Positions 1-13,040 of a stretch of DNA of 64,000 nucleotides are shown here, piece after piece; the first letter of the stretch is position 1, and every line of letters starts with the position of its first letter. The notes below the pieces were generated by a model. It searched no databases. It was not told the DNA's origin and saw only the letters and a list, made by a program, of their open reading frames with translations. Origin of the DNA: Eledone cirrhosa (lineage: Eukaryota). The stretch lies in NCBI GenBank assembly GCA_964016885.1, contig OZ024740.1, positions 47,058,001 through 47,122,000 on the forward strand, written 5' to 3'. The translations under genes and the position numbers were made by a program.

Positions 1-299
1 TTCCTGTTTTATTACAACATCCAAAATTGCTGTTGTGCTGTTGTTTAGTCGTTCCTGATCAAGTTAACCTATAATCAGAGGTGTTATAGTGTATCTAGGT
101 CTTTGCTGCTACCACTAGCAGGTCGAGCGTTAGTTCAGATAAGAAAATGTTGAAAAATGATGTAACGAGGAAGGTTAAACATTAAGTGGTAATTGATATT
201 TTAGTAAAGAATTTAATTTAGCGCAAAATAAATGAACTAAACTTTTTTAATTTGAAAGTTTTTATTTTCATTTGCAATAAATGATTTATAGGAACTTTC

Positions 300-1750
300 T
301 TCTTCCTCAGTTTGTTTGGCTTATGAATCTGGATTGCTTGTGGGAGCATAGCAGCTGAATCATGATCGAGCAGGTTTACGAATGGTTACACCATCCATTG
401 AAGCTATCATCTAAGTTTGAAAAAACCATGCTTTGCCAATCGACGAACGTTTCACGTGTTCACCGATAGTCATTTATGATTAACTTTAAAAGCTATTAGA
501 GTTTTCGTGAGTCCCTTACAAAAGTTGGATGCTCCATATCTAGTATTCCATGCTACCATCATGGGCAGCATTGGCAGTTTGTCTTTTAAGTAGTCAATAG
601 TTAGTCGTGCTATTATGTCGAACTCAATTAAGTGTCTTAGTACGTCTCGATATTCAACCTTTTCGATTAAGCTTTATAAACCCAAATTCTTGTCAGAGAT
701 GCTTGAAGTTGTGCCATTCATTTTAAGCTGTTAGTTCTGTTAGTTGCAGCGTATCCAAACCACTGAAGCGGTTTTGTTAATCAAGTTAGAAGTACATTGT
801 GCTGTCACGGTATTATATGTCGGTGATCTCCTAGAAGGTTTGTTGGCCTTCATACGCGTACGAAGTTTAGTGAGTTGTTCTTACATCCATTTTGAATGCC
901 ATAAGATCATCAATCACATATACAACAAATCTAGGAGATCGAACAAGGAAATATGATTGACTGGGAAGTTAATTTTTGAGTACTATGTGTCCAGGTGTTT
1001 TTCGAGGTGTTTAAACTGAATATTCGTTATCACTAATTCGTCTAAGCAATAAGGTTTATTAAACATTTTCTATTAGTTCAATGATTACTAACTGCGATTT
1101 ACCGAGGAACCGTTTATTGATAGAACGTCGTTTGCATGTGCGGACATTCCTGTCGCCTGCGAGGATAAAGCGATTGATAGAGGAGGTACTAGATGAGTTC
1201 ACTCTTGTAAAGGTCCTTCACACGATTACGACCGTCTACGGTTGATGCATAGACTGATATGATGGAAATGCTATATAAAGGGCCCTTTGAACGAACTCGA
1301 GCTGCGATATTAGCTCCCATTATAACAAAGATGCATTATGCCTCTCACCAAGGACATAGGCCACACCAAGTCGACAAGACTTGTCATTAACATCACTTTG
1401 ATAAAGTGGAACCTAGCCTAGGACTGGAGAATCTTGACGGGTTTATAAACAGATTTAGTTTAAATTCCGAGAGATGAGCAATATATAAATTATACTGATG
1501 TAACGTACGCATACTTAGGGCTTTTATTTCCAGAGTTTTCAGAGTTCGTAGAACTTGTAGTTTATCTTCCGAATGTTCCACTTGCCCCTCCTCTCTGAGA
1601 GCAATCGCATCCGCTCCCACGGACTCCGTAGCATTAATTCGATTCTGTATTGAGTATGAATTCATAATGGAATTTCGTACTTTGGGATAATGTGATATGT
1701 AGCAACCCGGCCTGCTGTTGAATGTCGACAGTTGTAATAGTAGTACTGTC
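300..1750 (-). mobile_element. Decayed LINE (RTE-like) apurinic endonuclease region
   Basis: Minus-strand translations across stops and frameshifts give DAIALREEG, RFILAGDRNVR and ELVITNIQFKH. These match APE-domain motifs (DIIALQE, IILGDFNAR, LVITNTxF). Boundaries are approximate. Confidence 0.55.
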
Positions 1751-2189
1751 CAAAGGCACTGGTGAATATCGAGACAAAAAACTTAAATAAAATTGATAAA
1801 ACAAACAATAGTAAATATGATGTATGAAGTATATAACTTAAAAGCGACGGGAGATGATAGTTAATTAAAATAGAATTTATATTAAATAGTCAATAAAATG
1901 GAATGGGAGAATAAACTATTCTAAAATGATCTAAAAATATTGAAATTATAATGAAATGTACTAACAGAAAAGGGTATCTGTTAAAGTATTAAATTAAGGA
2001 ACATAGGTTAAAACACAAGCAAAAGAATCAGTGGAAAAATTGAATGAAATTAGATTAAGTAAATTACATTAAAATGAATTGCTAAATGTGCATTAACTAA
2101 TGCTATAGGGTTTAATCAGGGTATACTCACATTACGGTACGTATCACTTTATATAACTTAGTTGAATCCTTAGTCCTTCTTTGGTAAGT

Positions 2190-2358
<169 letters not shown>

Positions 2359-2360
2359 CA

Positions 2361-2665
2361 GAGGTGGCGAACTGGCAGATAGAATGCTTTATGGTATTCG
2401 TTCCGGTTCTCTGCTCTCAGAGTTCAAATCCTTGCCTTTCATCCTTTCGAAGTCGATAAAAAAGTACCAGTCTAGTACTAGGATGGATTCTTCCTCTATA
2501 TCTTTTTCTCACTCTCTCTTTCTCATTTTGTATCTTTATCTGGAAGAAATCTGCTGCACTCAGACCTGGAGAGGGATGGGCTCCGCCAGGCTTAAAAAAT
2601 GCCCCCAAAACGCCGCATCTCAATACGTCGACCCTACGACTCTATCAGGGGTTACGGGACCATAT
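2361..2665 (+). mobile_element. Meta-domain tRNA-SINE, subfamily with a distinct 3' tail
   Basis: B-box-like GAGTTCAAATCC, then the core TGCCTTTCATCCTTTCGAAGTCGATAAAAAAGTACCAG, a CT-rich linker and a ~125-bp tail shared in reverse with 60018-60150. Confidence 0.75.
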
Positions 2666-4221
2666 ATACATATATATACATAAATAGATACACATACATA
2701 TATATACAAATATTTGATTTTTTAAAGTTTACATCGACAGACATCTCAGATCCAGACACATACGACATTAATGTTTCTTAAATTATAAACGATACATTCT
2801 ACATGTTTTAATGTAGCGGAGAGATTAGTGAATTATATTAATTTTTCTAGTTATTTTAATGATTTTTCACTGAAACAAATTTATTGTAATTGCTCGCTGG
2901 TCTACCAAAGGTAGGTCATGACTCATAAATTTCGATAGAATATATTACAAATAAGTAGTGTGTTGCAAGATTGAAACTCTTTTTTTCCGACACTTTATCA
3001 TATTGCATTGCATTGAGAACATGAATACATATTTTCCCATAAAACTGAAGTTTGCTATTGTGAGACGAGGGTATATGAGAAACTTAGTAACAGAAATAAT
3101 GAGACATTGTTTCAATCATTACTGAAATAATATAGCTTATGACTGAATACTCTGTGTGTGTATGTGTATGTGTTTGAAAACCAAACATGATTACAAACAT
3201 GATTTAATATATATAAAAAAGAAAACTAAGATAAGATTAGAAATGTTAATCTTTAGCGGCAGAATCTTTAGATGGCATCATCAGAGGAGGAATGGAAGTG
3301 CCCACGTCCTATTACAATGGCGGGACAATGTGATAAAGAAAACATGATGTAAAGGTTTGCTATGGTAGGTAGTGCATCGATATCGAACTTCAAAACTTAG
3401 TTCAAAATTTTACATGAGAATGGATTCTGCAATAGCCAAGAAGAGATGCGAGCAACAAATATTGTCTACGATACAAGAACAGAACCAGCATATTTACTGA
3501 AGTTATGTTAGATGACTAGCTCAAGATTCCGAAAGTGGAATTGAATAGCTAACAACTACAAATCAATGTTTTATACTGTCCACGTTTGCTTTATGTTATC
3601 TTAAACTGCTTGGAATTTGCAAATACATGTTAACACCATAAATATTATTTAAGCAACCTGAGCCAGTGAAAAACAGCATGGGAAAAAGCCATCGTCTATG
3701 TCAGTAAAAGAATTCCGAGATAAATAGGCTTTGTAGTTTATTCTCTACCATAATTTCACAGTAGGAATTAGGAAACACCAGTGTTCTTCATATATATGTA
3801 AATTCGTACGTATAAATAAGAGGAAAAAAAGAGAGTCGCCTACTATATATATATATAATAGACTTTACACCGCCCGTTCTGTCATCCTATCTTTTCTATG
3901 CTTTGGTGTTATTTTTCTGTCTGTACGGTGGACTATAGTTCATATATTTTTTCTATTTTTCTATTTCTCTCTCATTGTATCGCATTTGGCTATACTATCA
4001 CACATCGTTTCTATCTCTATTATGTTTGTAGCATATTTTCTCTTTTTCGTCTTTATTTGTATAATTCAAAGAATCGTACATCTCATCCTGTATCCACCTT
4101 TTTTGTTGCATCCCAATATGTACTGCAATGAGAAGTATCAACCTTGATTTACTGAAACTATAGTTATTTCTAGAAGTTGACTGAAGAGAAGACACTGCTC
4201 GTTTTTACATTGTCTTTCTTT

Positions 4222-4304
<83 letters not shown>

Positions 4305-4849
4305 TACACACACACATATATATATATAAATCAGAATGGAAGTAGTAAAAACCAGTTAGACCATTATTCACCAGAGTACACGATACTTGGAGTAGTAGAG
4401 TGGATAATATGAAATATTCGAGACCCCGATGGCTGAGCTCCTGCCGTTTCAACAGCTACATCCGAACTAATACACCCCCCCACATCACATATATATATAT
4501 ATACTAATTCAAATTTCCTTAGTGTAATCATTTTAATTGATTGTTCAACAAGAATCAAAGACCACGTGCAGTAGTGTTTACTCAACGTAGTTATATAGGT
4601 TCCAAGTGTAACAATTTACGGCGTGTATATAGAAAATTACAAAAATATTATTAAAAACACCATAATCCATTGCATAACACACGTGTTTCATCATATGCTC
4701 CCATGCATTACATATAAGTCTTGGAACACTAACTTTTGATTATTTCATTATTTTAACTTTTGATTATTTCATTATCTTAGTCAAATTAAAGTAGAAAATT
4801 CATTGTAACTACATATCTAAGTAGTTGGATGCGAGTTACTTAGATAGGA

Positions 4850-5175
4850 CTCCGGATCTGCGAGCCACATAAATGTCGATGTGGATCCACTGTGGAATGT
4901 TTCGGCCTCCACCCGCTTTCCTGTCGCTACAGTGCCGGCCGCCTTCCACGCGAGGTCATTAAGCATGGCTATTCACCACCATAGGCACTGAGCCGGCCAG
5001 TCGCAGGTGTGAGCCTCGCGAGTTGGAATGGCTTTTCAAGCGCATCTCCCTTACCATCCTCCGGGGAAACGCCTTCTCCAACCTGTCCGCCGGGGCTGTG
5101 GGGAAACCAGCACGTGGGATCCCATTTGCGCACCATACGGATTAATAGGCAAAGTTATAAACTATTGTAAATAAA
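4850..5175 (+). mobile_element. CRE-like non-LTR retrotransposon 3' fragment
   Basis: GC-rich island translating to EPRELEWLFKRISLTILRGNAFS, resembling the C-terminal QRxSxxxQRGNA motif of restriction-like-endonuclease CRE elements. AATAAA follows. Confidence 0.55.
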
Positions 5176-5836
5176 CCTAAACATTGAGCATCAAAAGTTA
5201 GCTGTCCAAGACTTATATGTAACTAGCTGGCTCGTCCGGCTGACGCTCGGCTAGGTTTACCGGCATTTTTTTCTTTTCAGGAATCCTCCTCCACTCCAGT
5301 GCAAAGATACCGCAAGCCCTCTCTAGTCAGCGATGGCCGTGGTGGTGGTGGTGGTGGTTTGGTTAACGTGCTCTGATGTTGGGTTTGAATAGTTTTTAGG
5401 ATTCTCCAGTTCAGCAGCCAGTACGTTAAAGAAAATTGATTGTTACAACAATAAAGGCTGAACAGAGAACACATTTTAAAACAAACTTTACAATAATTTG
5501 TACAACCATAATGGAAATTCCAAGTAACAGAAAATACATAAATTACATTGTTAGAGCCTCAGAGCATACAATATTTTTTGTTCGGCCCTCGGGAGCAAAG
5601 ATGAAGAGATTATTTGGCGAGCTCACCCTAGAGCATTCTACATACAATTGACCATGGGAGAAGCATGGTTTTCCTAGATGAAGACCAGCCACTTTTAGGG
5701 TTTGACCCTAGCTTTGTTGATGGTAATCGCGAAGCTTAGTCCCTCTGTTGCTCCAGTAACATTTTTCTTCTGGAAAATCTGATCTTGCGGCCAGGCTGGG
5801 ACTTTTTGGGTGGCATATCGGCAGTAACAACGACGA

Positions 5837-5945
5837 TAAGCCGTCTGTGCTTTCGTGAAATAAACACGCTTGTTTATATTTTGTTTTTGTGTATGCAAAA
5901 ATATCTGTACACGAATATATAATTATATATATATATATATATATT

Positions 5946-6044
<99 letters not shown>

Positions 6045-6128
6045 TATATTCGTGTACAGATATTTTTGCATACACAAAAACAAAATATAAACAAGCGTGT
6101 TTATTTCACGAAAGCACAGACGGCTTAT
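5837..6128. repeat. ~90-bp inverted repeat around a (TA)n array
   Basis: TAAGCCGTCTGTGC...GAATATATAAT is followed by (TA)n and then its reverse complement. Confidence 0.9.
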
Positions 6129-6265
6129 AACAGATTAAAGTTTAAGCAAAGAATCGCTGCTTTCACCCTTAACGGGATCTTCTGAAACTAAAAAAATCAA
6201 TCTGTGAACGCAGAAGTAAATATTTCGAAAAACGTTGCAACCGAAAGAAAACAGGAAGATGATAT
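6129..6265 (-). mobile_element. Fragment of the PLE 3' region/pLTR family of 62150-63460, with HHR variant
   Basis: Closely matches 62716-62850. HHR-like motif at 6139-6189. Confidence 0.8.
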
Positions 6266-6967
6266 TTTGGTTCTGAAGCTATATGAAACATGTCCAGAAA
6301 AACTATATATATATAGTTTTTCTGGACATGTTTTACATTTTCTCTTCTAAAACTGTTTTTCAACCTTGTTTGTTTTGCTTAATAAAGGTTTACAATCTGG
6401 AAAAGACTTTATACTCACCCTGTATATATATATATGTATATATATGTATAAACGTATGTATATGTATATATGTATATATGTATATATGTGTATATGTATA
6501 TATACATTTATGCAAGCATATATATGTATGTATATATGTATGTATATATGTATACATGTTTGTATGTATGTATGTATGTGCGAGTGTGTGTGTGTATGTA
6601 TGTATGTGCGAGTGTGCATACATATTTAAATACATACAGACAAACATATATTCTTCTCTACATCAACTGGTTAAAATAAAAGGCAAACATATGTTGAACA
6701 AATTATATACTTTTTTTAAAACTCCTACAGGCTGTAAACTGCGAATGGGGACACATTAGATAAGCAATAAGAAGTGGGGAAATATGAGTAATCATATGCA
6801 GTATAGACAATTATAGTTTCATCGTTCTTGGCGTTGACTTTTCATCTATATTTGGGCGGGACGTTTTAGTTGTCTTTTAGCTTAAAAATGCGTTTTTTTA
6901 AAATAATCCTACACTGAAAGAGTGTAGGTGTGTGTGAGACTGTATGGTTGTGTCAGTGGATATGTAC

Positions 6968-7049
<82 letters not shown>

Positions 7050-7133
7050 CTATATATATCTATATATCTATATATATGTATATATATCTATATCTCTCTC
7101 TCTCTCTCTATATATATATATTATATGTATGTG

Positions 7134-7164
<31 letters not shown>

Positions 7165-7262
7165 ATGTGCGTGAGGTGTTTTTCTTCAGTCGTGGAAGTT
7201 ATATAGGAAGCTAAAAATATATTTTTCCTAGCTTAACCGTTTCAATGACTTCGGCTGATGTA

Positions 7263-7368
<106 letters not shown>

Positions 7369-7943
7369 CATCGCTTAACGTCCGTTTTCACTGTTACACA
7401 TACACACACACACACACACATGCGCACACATATATGTAAGTATTTATGTATGTATCTATGTATGTATGTATGTATTTTCATAAGCTCACCCCATTTCTGC
7501 CCAATACGTACATACACGCAAATATACTGGACAGAAATGGGGTGGGCTTATGAAAATACAGTGACACATACAACCACAGCTAAATTTACATGCGACATAG
7601 TAAAGATGAAAAGAAAATGATTTGTCAGCACGTTAGTATCTCTTACTGCCGTCTCCTGTACTCAGTCACATACACACATACACACATATATGCACACACG
7701 CAAACACTCACAGTTATTGCAAGCACGTAGAGACACTTACTCTCCAAAATATATAAACACACACGTGTGCACACAGATGCTTACATTAACAGACAACATT
7801 GCATTCACCCACTTATCTCTAAACATATACCCTAACCCATACCATTATACATATGATATATATATATATATATATAGTGAAATTTTAGTAAGTAAGTTAA
7901 TTTTATAATTTTCTTATTTTACGTCCCTCATATATATATATAT

Positions 7944-8753
7944 ATACAAATAAAATTATCGAGAATCGAAACTCCGGCCCACGAAATAACGAAAAACAAT
8001 CTTCGAAATGTGCGGCAAAGTGCTCAATGGTTCGGATGAACCAGAGCTATAACTAACGTTTAATACCAAACACACTGAGACGATGCCTAAACAATCATTC
8101 GCACAGCCAAAAAATACGATCAAGTAATTCGGGTCAAACAAATAAAAATATACATGATTGAAAAATTTACCCGGACCCCCTGGAAAGGTGGTAAAATCCA
8201 GCATTTGGGTTTCTGCGACTCCGAAATCAGGTACCGTCCGCCTACATAAAAAATGTCCGGCTTCTGGTAAGATGATGAACAAGGAATTCGATTTTTCAAC
8301 AGGCTTTTAGTTCAATAATACAGGGGAAGACTTTTACTGAATCCACGTGGGGATCAGCAAGGGAGGCAACCCCTATATTAGGCGAATGAATTCACTTGTG
8401 TATATTATTGTAAGAATACAAAATATCACAAATCGAATTAGAGTTCTCAACAGACGGGTTAAAGTTAACATAAGCTATTCATCAGTCAATAGAATCAACT
8501 AAAAAATCAATAAAATTAACTGATCAATAGCTAGAGTCTGGGGATAAATACAAATAAAATTATCGAGAATCGAAATTCCGGCCCACGAAATAACGAAAAA
8601 CAATCTTCGAAATGTGCGGCAAAGTGCTCAATGGTTCGGATGAACCAGAGCTATAACTAACGTTTAATACCAAACAAACTGAGACGATGGTTAAACAATC
8701 ATTCGCACAGCCAAAAAAAAAACGATCAAGTAATTCGGGTCAAACAAATAAAA

Positions 8754-8761
<8 letters not shown>
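7944..8761. mobile_element. Terminally redundant non-coding element (604-bp unit, ~212-bp direct repeats) in (TA)n
   Basis: 7944-8155 recurs at 8548-8761, with (TA)n on both sides. Related copies lie at ~47730-47915 and ~35525-35770. Confidence 0.8.
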
Positions 8762-8783
<22 letters not shown>

Positions 8784-8784
<1 letters not shown>

Positions 8785-8998
8785 GGAACAAGTATGACCC
8801 CGACGGCAGAGCTCAAGCCGTTTCGACGGCTAATTCTGGACTCTAATTCTGGACTCGTGTCCAGAATTAGCCGTCGAAACGGCTTGAGCTCTGCCGTCGG
8901 GGTCATACTTGTTCATATTACCCACTCTACTACCCTAAGTATTGAGTACTTTGGTGCGTTATGGTCCATCTGGTTCCTTACCACATTTCCTTCGTTAT
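8784..8998 (+). mobile_element. Fold-back element (GACCCCGACGGC family) in (TA)n
   Basis: Palindrome 8784-8915 plus an ~85-bp unpaired extension. Same family at ~4370-4460, 26311-26490, 53905-53960 and 54977-55170. Confidence 0.8.
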
Positions 8999-9152
8999 AT
9001 ATATATATATATATAAGTTTATCCCGGGTTCAATCGGTAAGTAAGGTATTCAATACAAAGCAGAGTATAAATATTCAATAATGAAAAGGCTTCTACAGGA
9101 CTAGAGCTGTTTCATTCGGGAGAAATCATCATCATTATATATATATATATAT

Positions 9153-9186
<34 letters not shown>

Positions 9187-9453
9187 ACATACATACACAC
9201 ACACACGCATATATATAAATATATACATGCAACTATGTGTTTATGTATATACATATATATGTATGCACAATGTAAACGCAAACAACAAAACAAACAATAC
9301 AGTATAAAGAAGAAATATATTAGTTTAACCTTTAATATAGTAAAAAAATGTTTTTATATTTCGGACTCACAAAAGTTGTTTTATAAATATTGACATATCC
9401 AAAAAACTATCCAAACAACTTAAAACGATAAGTTCTTATTTTTTGGATATTTG

Positions 9454-9514
9454 TATTTTATCTGATGAGAGGGTACCAAAATTTTGGTACCCTTGAAATA
9501 TATATAATAAAATA
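9454..9514 (+). ncRNA. Type I minimal hammerhead ribozyme
   Basis: TATTTTAT-CTGATGA-[GAGGGTACCAAA/TTTGGTACCCTT]-GAAA-TATATA-TA-ATAAAATA. Intact core, 8-bp stem I, long stem II and a palindromic loop III. Confidence 0.85.
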
Positions 9515-9555
9515 AATATGGTTTTATAAAGATAGTTTCCATTTATTAATATCAT

Positions 9556-9590
<35 letters not shown>

Positions 9591-9600
9591 ATTAATATAG

Positions 9601-9775
9601 AAATGGCTTCTACAGGACTGGAACTATTTCATTCGAAGGAAATCATGAGGGCTTTCCCGAGGATTTCCTTCGACTGAAACTATTCTAGTCCTGTAGAAGC
9701 CATTTTTTTAATTAAATATTGTATATACTCTACTATGTATTGAGTACCTTACTTACTGTGGTTATCCCCATTAAA
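9601..9775. mobile_element. Fold-back pLTR fragment
   Basis: Arms ~9601-9645 and ~9660-9706 plus an extension. A reverse copy lies at ~9015-9135. Confidence 0.7.
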
Positions 9776-10109
9776 CCCGGGATACACACACAAACCCCCC
9801 CACACACACGCACACACACACGCAAACACCCACACCCACACACACATATATATATACACACATGTGCACACATATATTTGTATATATATATGTAAGTATA
9901 TATGCATATATTTATTAAATAAACTGTACTTACATATATTCTTCAATACACTTATAATGTGTGTCTATATGCTATTTGTGAGTTTATGTAAGTGTATAAT
10001 GTAAGTGCATAATTATGAAAGAGCAATTATAAAATGATAGTTTGGGAATTCATTTCTCTAGACACACACCCACGTATGTATGCGGGTGTTGTTCATATAT
10101 GTGTCTATG

Positions 10110-10188
10110 TATTGGGTCGTCAAGTATGAAATTTGTATAACATTTTTTTTCTACAAATTTTTACAAATTCCATACTTGACCAGCCAAT
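10110..10188. mobile_element. Tiny Tc1/mariner-like MITE
   Basis: TATTGG..GTCAAGTATGAAATTTGTA and TACAAATTCCATACTTGAC..CCAATA are inverted termini bounded by TA. Confidence 0.45.
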
Positions 10189-10543
10189 AGATGTGTGCGG
10201 GCTTACTTGTAAAAGTACGAAATTCCGAAGTTACTGTTAGATGAATGTATATAGAGACATATATATATAGAGAGAGAGACATATACATAAGATAATTAAT
10301 TTATTGAATTAACGAAAGAAATGCCTTGTGATATTTGATTTTAGTTATTTGCAAATTTCAAGATAAAGACTATTATATGGGACGAGAGAGAGAGAGAGAG
10401 AGGGAGAGGGAGAGAGAGAGAAGGCCCTTAATTTCTGGTGGAGTATTAGGGCCGCGTTTTGACAGGCGGTATGTCTTAGACATTTAAAAACCTAGCGAAG
10501 CCCATCCCTCTCCGGGTGGAACAAAGCCGATTGCTTCCAGACA

Positions 10544-10630
<87 letters not shown>

Positions 10631-10635
10631 GAACT

Positions 10636-10782
10636 TCAGTACTAGACTGGTACTTTATTTATCGACCGCGTAAAGATGAAAAGTAAAGTTGATCTCGGCA
10701 GGATTTAAACACAGAGCAAAGTGCAGAGGAAAACATACTAAGACATGTTAGATTCGACGCTCCTAACGACTCTGCCAATTTC
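10636..10782 (-). mobile_element. Meta-domain SINE
   Basis: Reverse complement of the core (CTGGTACTTTATTTATCGACC...GATGAAA), next to an (AG)n array. Confidence 0.7.
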
Positions 10783-10877
10783 TCATCTTTGTATGGGACT
10801 AAGGAGATAAATGATTGCGGGATTAATTTTTAGTTGTTTTCTTTTTAATCTAGGATGAAATGTTACTGAATTACTTA

Positions 10878-11129
10878 AACAACAACGACGACGACGACGA
10901 CGACGACGACAATGACGACGACGACGACAACGACGACAATGACGACGATGACGACGACGACGACGACGACGACGACAATGACGACGACGACGACGACGAT
11001 GACGACGACGACGACGACGATGACGACGACGACGACGACGACGATGACGACGACGACGACGACGACAACGACGATGACGACGACGACGACGACGACGACA
11101 ATGACGACGACGACGACGACGATGACGAT

Positions 11130-11175
<46 letters not shown>

Positions 11176-11262
11176 CGACGACGACGACGACGATGACGAC
11201 GACGACAACGACGACGATGACGACGACGACAACGACGATGACGACGACGACAACGACGACGA

Positions 11263-11361
<99 letters not shown>

Positions 11362-11367
11362 CGACGA

Positions 11368-11415
<48 letters not shown>

Positions 11416-11471
11416 CGACGACGACGACGACGATGACGACGACGACAACGACGACGATGACGACGACGACA

Positions 11472-11545
<74 letters not shown>

Positions 11546-11548
11546 AAC

Positions 11549-11616
<68 letters not shown>

Positions 11617-11635
11617 CGACGACGACGATGACGAT

Positions 11636-11674
<39 letters not shown>

Positions 11675-11675
11675 A

Positions 11676-11742
<67 letters not shown>

Positions 11743-11749
11743 TGACGAT

Positions 11750-11816
<67 letters not shown>

Positions 11817-11867
11817 TGACGACGACGACGACGACGATGACGACGACAACGACGATGACGACGACGA

Positions 11868-11904
<37 letters not shown>

Positions 11905-11919
11905 AACGACGATGACGAT

Positions 11920-11999
<80 letters not shown>

Positions 12000-12280
12000 C
12001 GACAACGACGACGACGACGATGACGACGACGACGACAACAACAACAACGACAACAACAACAACTACGACAACAACAATGACGACAACCACCACCACCACC
12101 ACCACCACCACCACCACCACCACCACCACCACAACAACAACAACAACAACAACAGCAACAGCAACAACACCACCACCACCACCACCACCACCACCACCAC
12201 CACCACCACCACAACAACAACAATAACAACAACAACAACAGCAACAGCAACAACACCACCACCACCACCACCACCACCAA
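10878..12280. repeat. 1.4-kb trinucleotide array (GAC)n grading into (AAC)n/(CAC)n
   Basis: Directly visible. It produces the poly-D/T/R/S/V ORFs in the track. Confidence 0.98.
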
Positions 12281-12489
12281 CGGTATGCTTAGCAAATAGT
12301 AAAAATCCATAGACTTATATCTATGAGTTGGCGTCAAGACAACCGCTCATTCTCTACATCAACATTCGCTCAATATTCAGGGAAATGGAGAAAAATAGGG
12401 TTCAATAACTCGAAAAAATGACGTATATAGGCACAAAGTCTTTGATTTATAGCAGGAAGAGATTGTGTGTGCATCCGACAAGCATTTTA

Positions 12490-12670
12490 GCAGTATCGGT
12501 AGAGGGTCGGACACCATGCTTTCCAGCATAATTACGTCCCTTTACGGTCTGAATTCAAATCCCCCCGAGGTTAACTTTGCCTTTCATTCTTACGGGGTCG
12601 ATAAAATAAAGTACCAGTAATGTACTAGGTATTTGCTAGCCTTGTGCCAAAAGTAGAAACAATTATTTGT
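12490..12670 (+). mobile_element. Meta-domain SINE
   Basis: GAATTCAAATCCCCCCGAGGTTAACTTTGCCTTTCATTCTTACGGGGTCGATAAAATAAAGTACCAG, ending GCCTTGTGCCAAAAGTAGAAACAATTATT. Confidence 0.8.
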
Positions 12671-12889
12671 AATATGTGAAATAAATTTCCTTCGGGTAGA
12701 AATTGAAACGATTTCATAGATTCAGTCACAATGTGTTTGTTTCCATTTTTTTAACGTAAAATTCTATACTAAACCAGCCACTAATTACAGTTTTAAAGAG
12801 AAAAACTTAACAAAAAACCTCACATGTGCAACTAGATTATCAAGTCATAGTTTTGTGGTTGTAAAGAACTTGCATTTGAGTAAAATAGC

Positions 12890-13040
12890 GGTGAATTGAC
12901 AGAGTCGTTAGAACGTCGAATAGAATGTCTTGCGGTATTTGTTTCGGCACTCTGAATTCTAAACTCAAATTCCACCAAGTTCTCATAGTTTCGGGATCGA
13001 TAAATAAAGTACTAGTAAAATATTTGGTTGATTTCATTCC
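12890..13040 (+). mobile_element. Older Meta-domain SINE
   Basis: Diverged head and GATCGATAAATAAAGTACTAG core. Confidence 0.55.

Noticed and set aside
4125-4190. GAAA-CTATAG-TT and CTGAAGA motifs as an HHR
   Set aside because: I could not build a consistent three-stem fold.
10783-12337. Long ORFs (449, 309, 488, 395 aa) as acidic or mucin-like proteins
   Set aside because: They are open in nearly all frames because the triplet repeat lacks stops. There is no unique coding flank.
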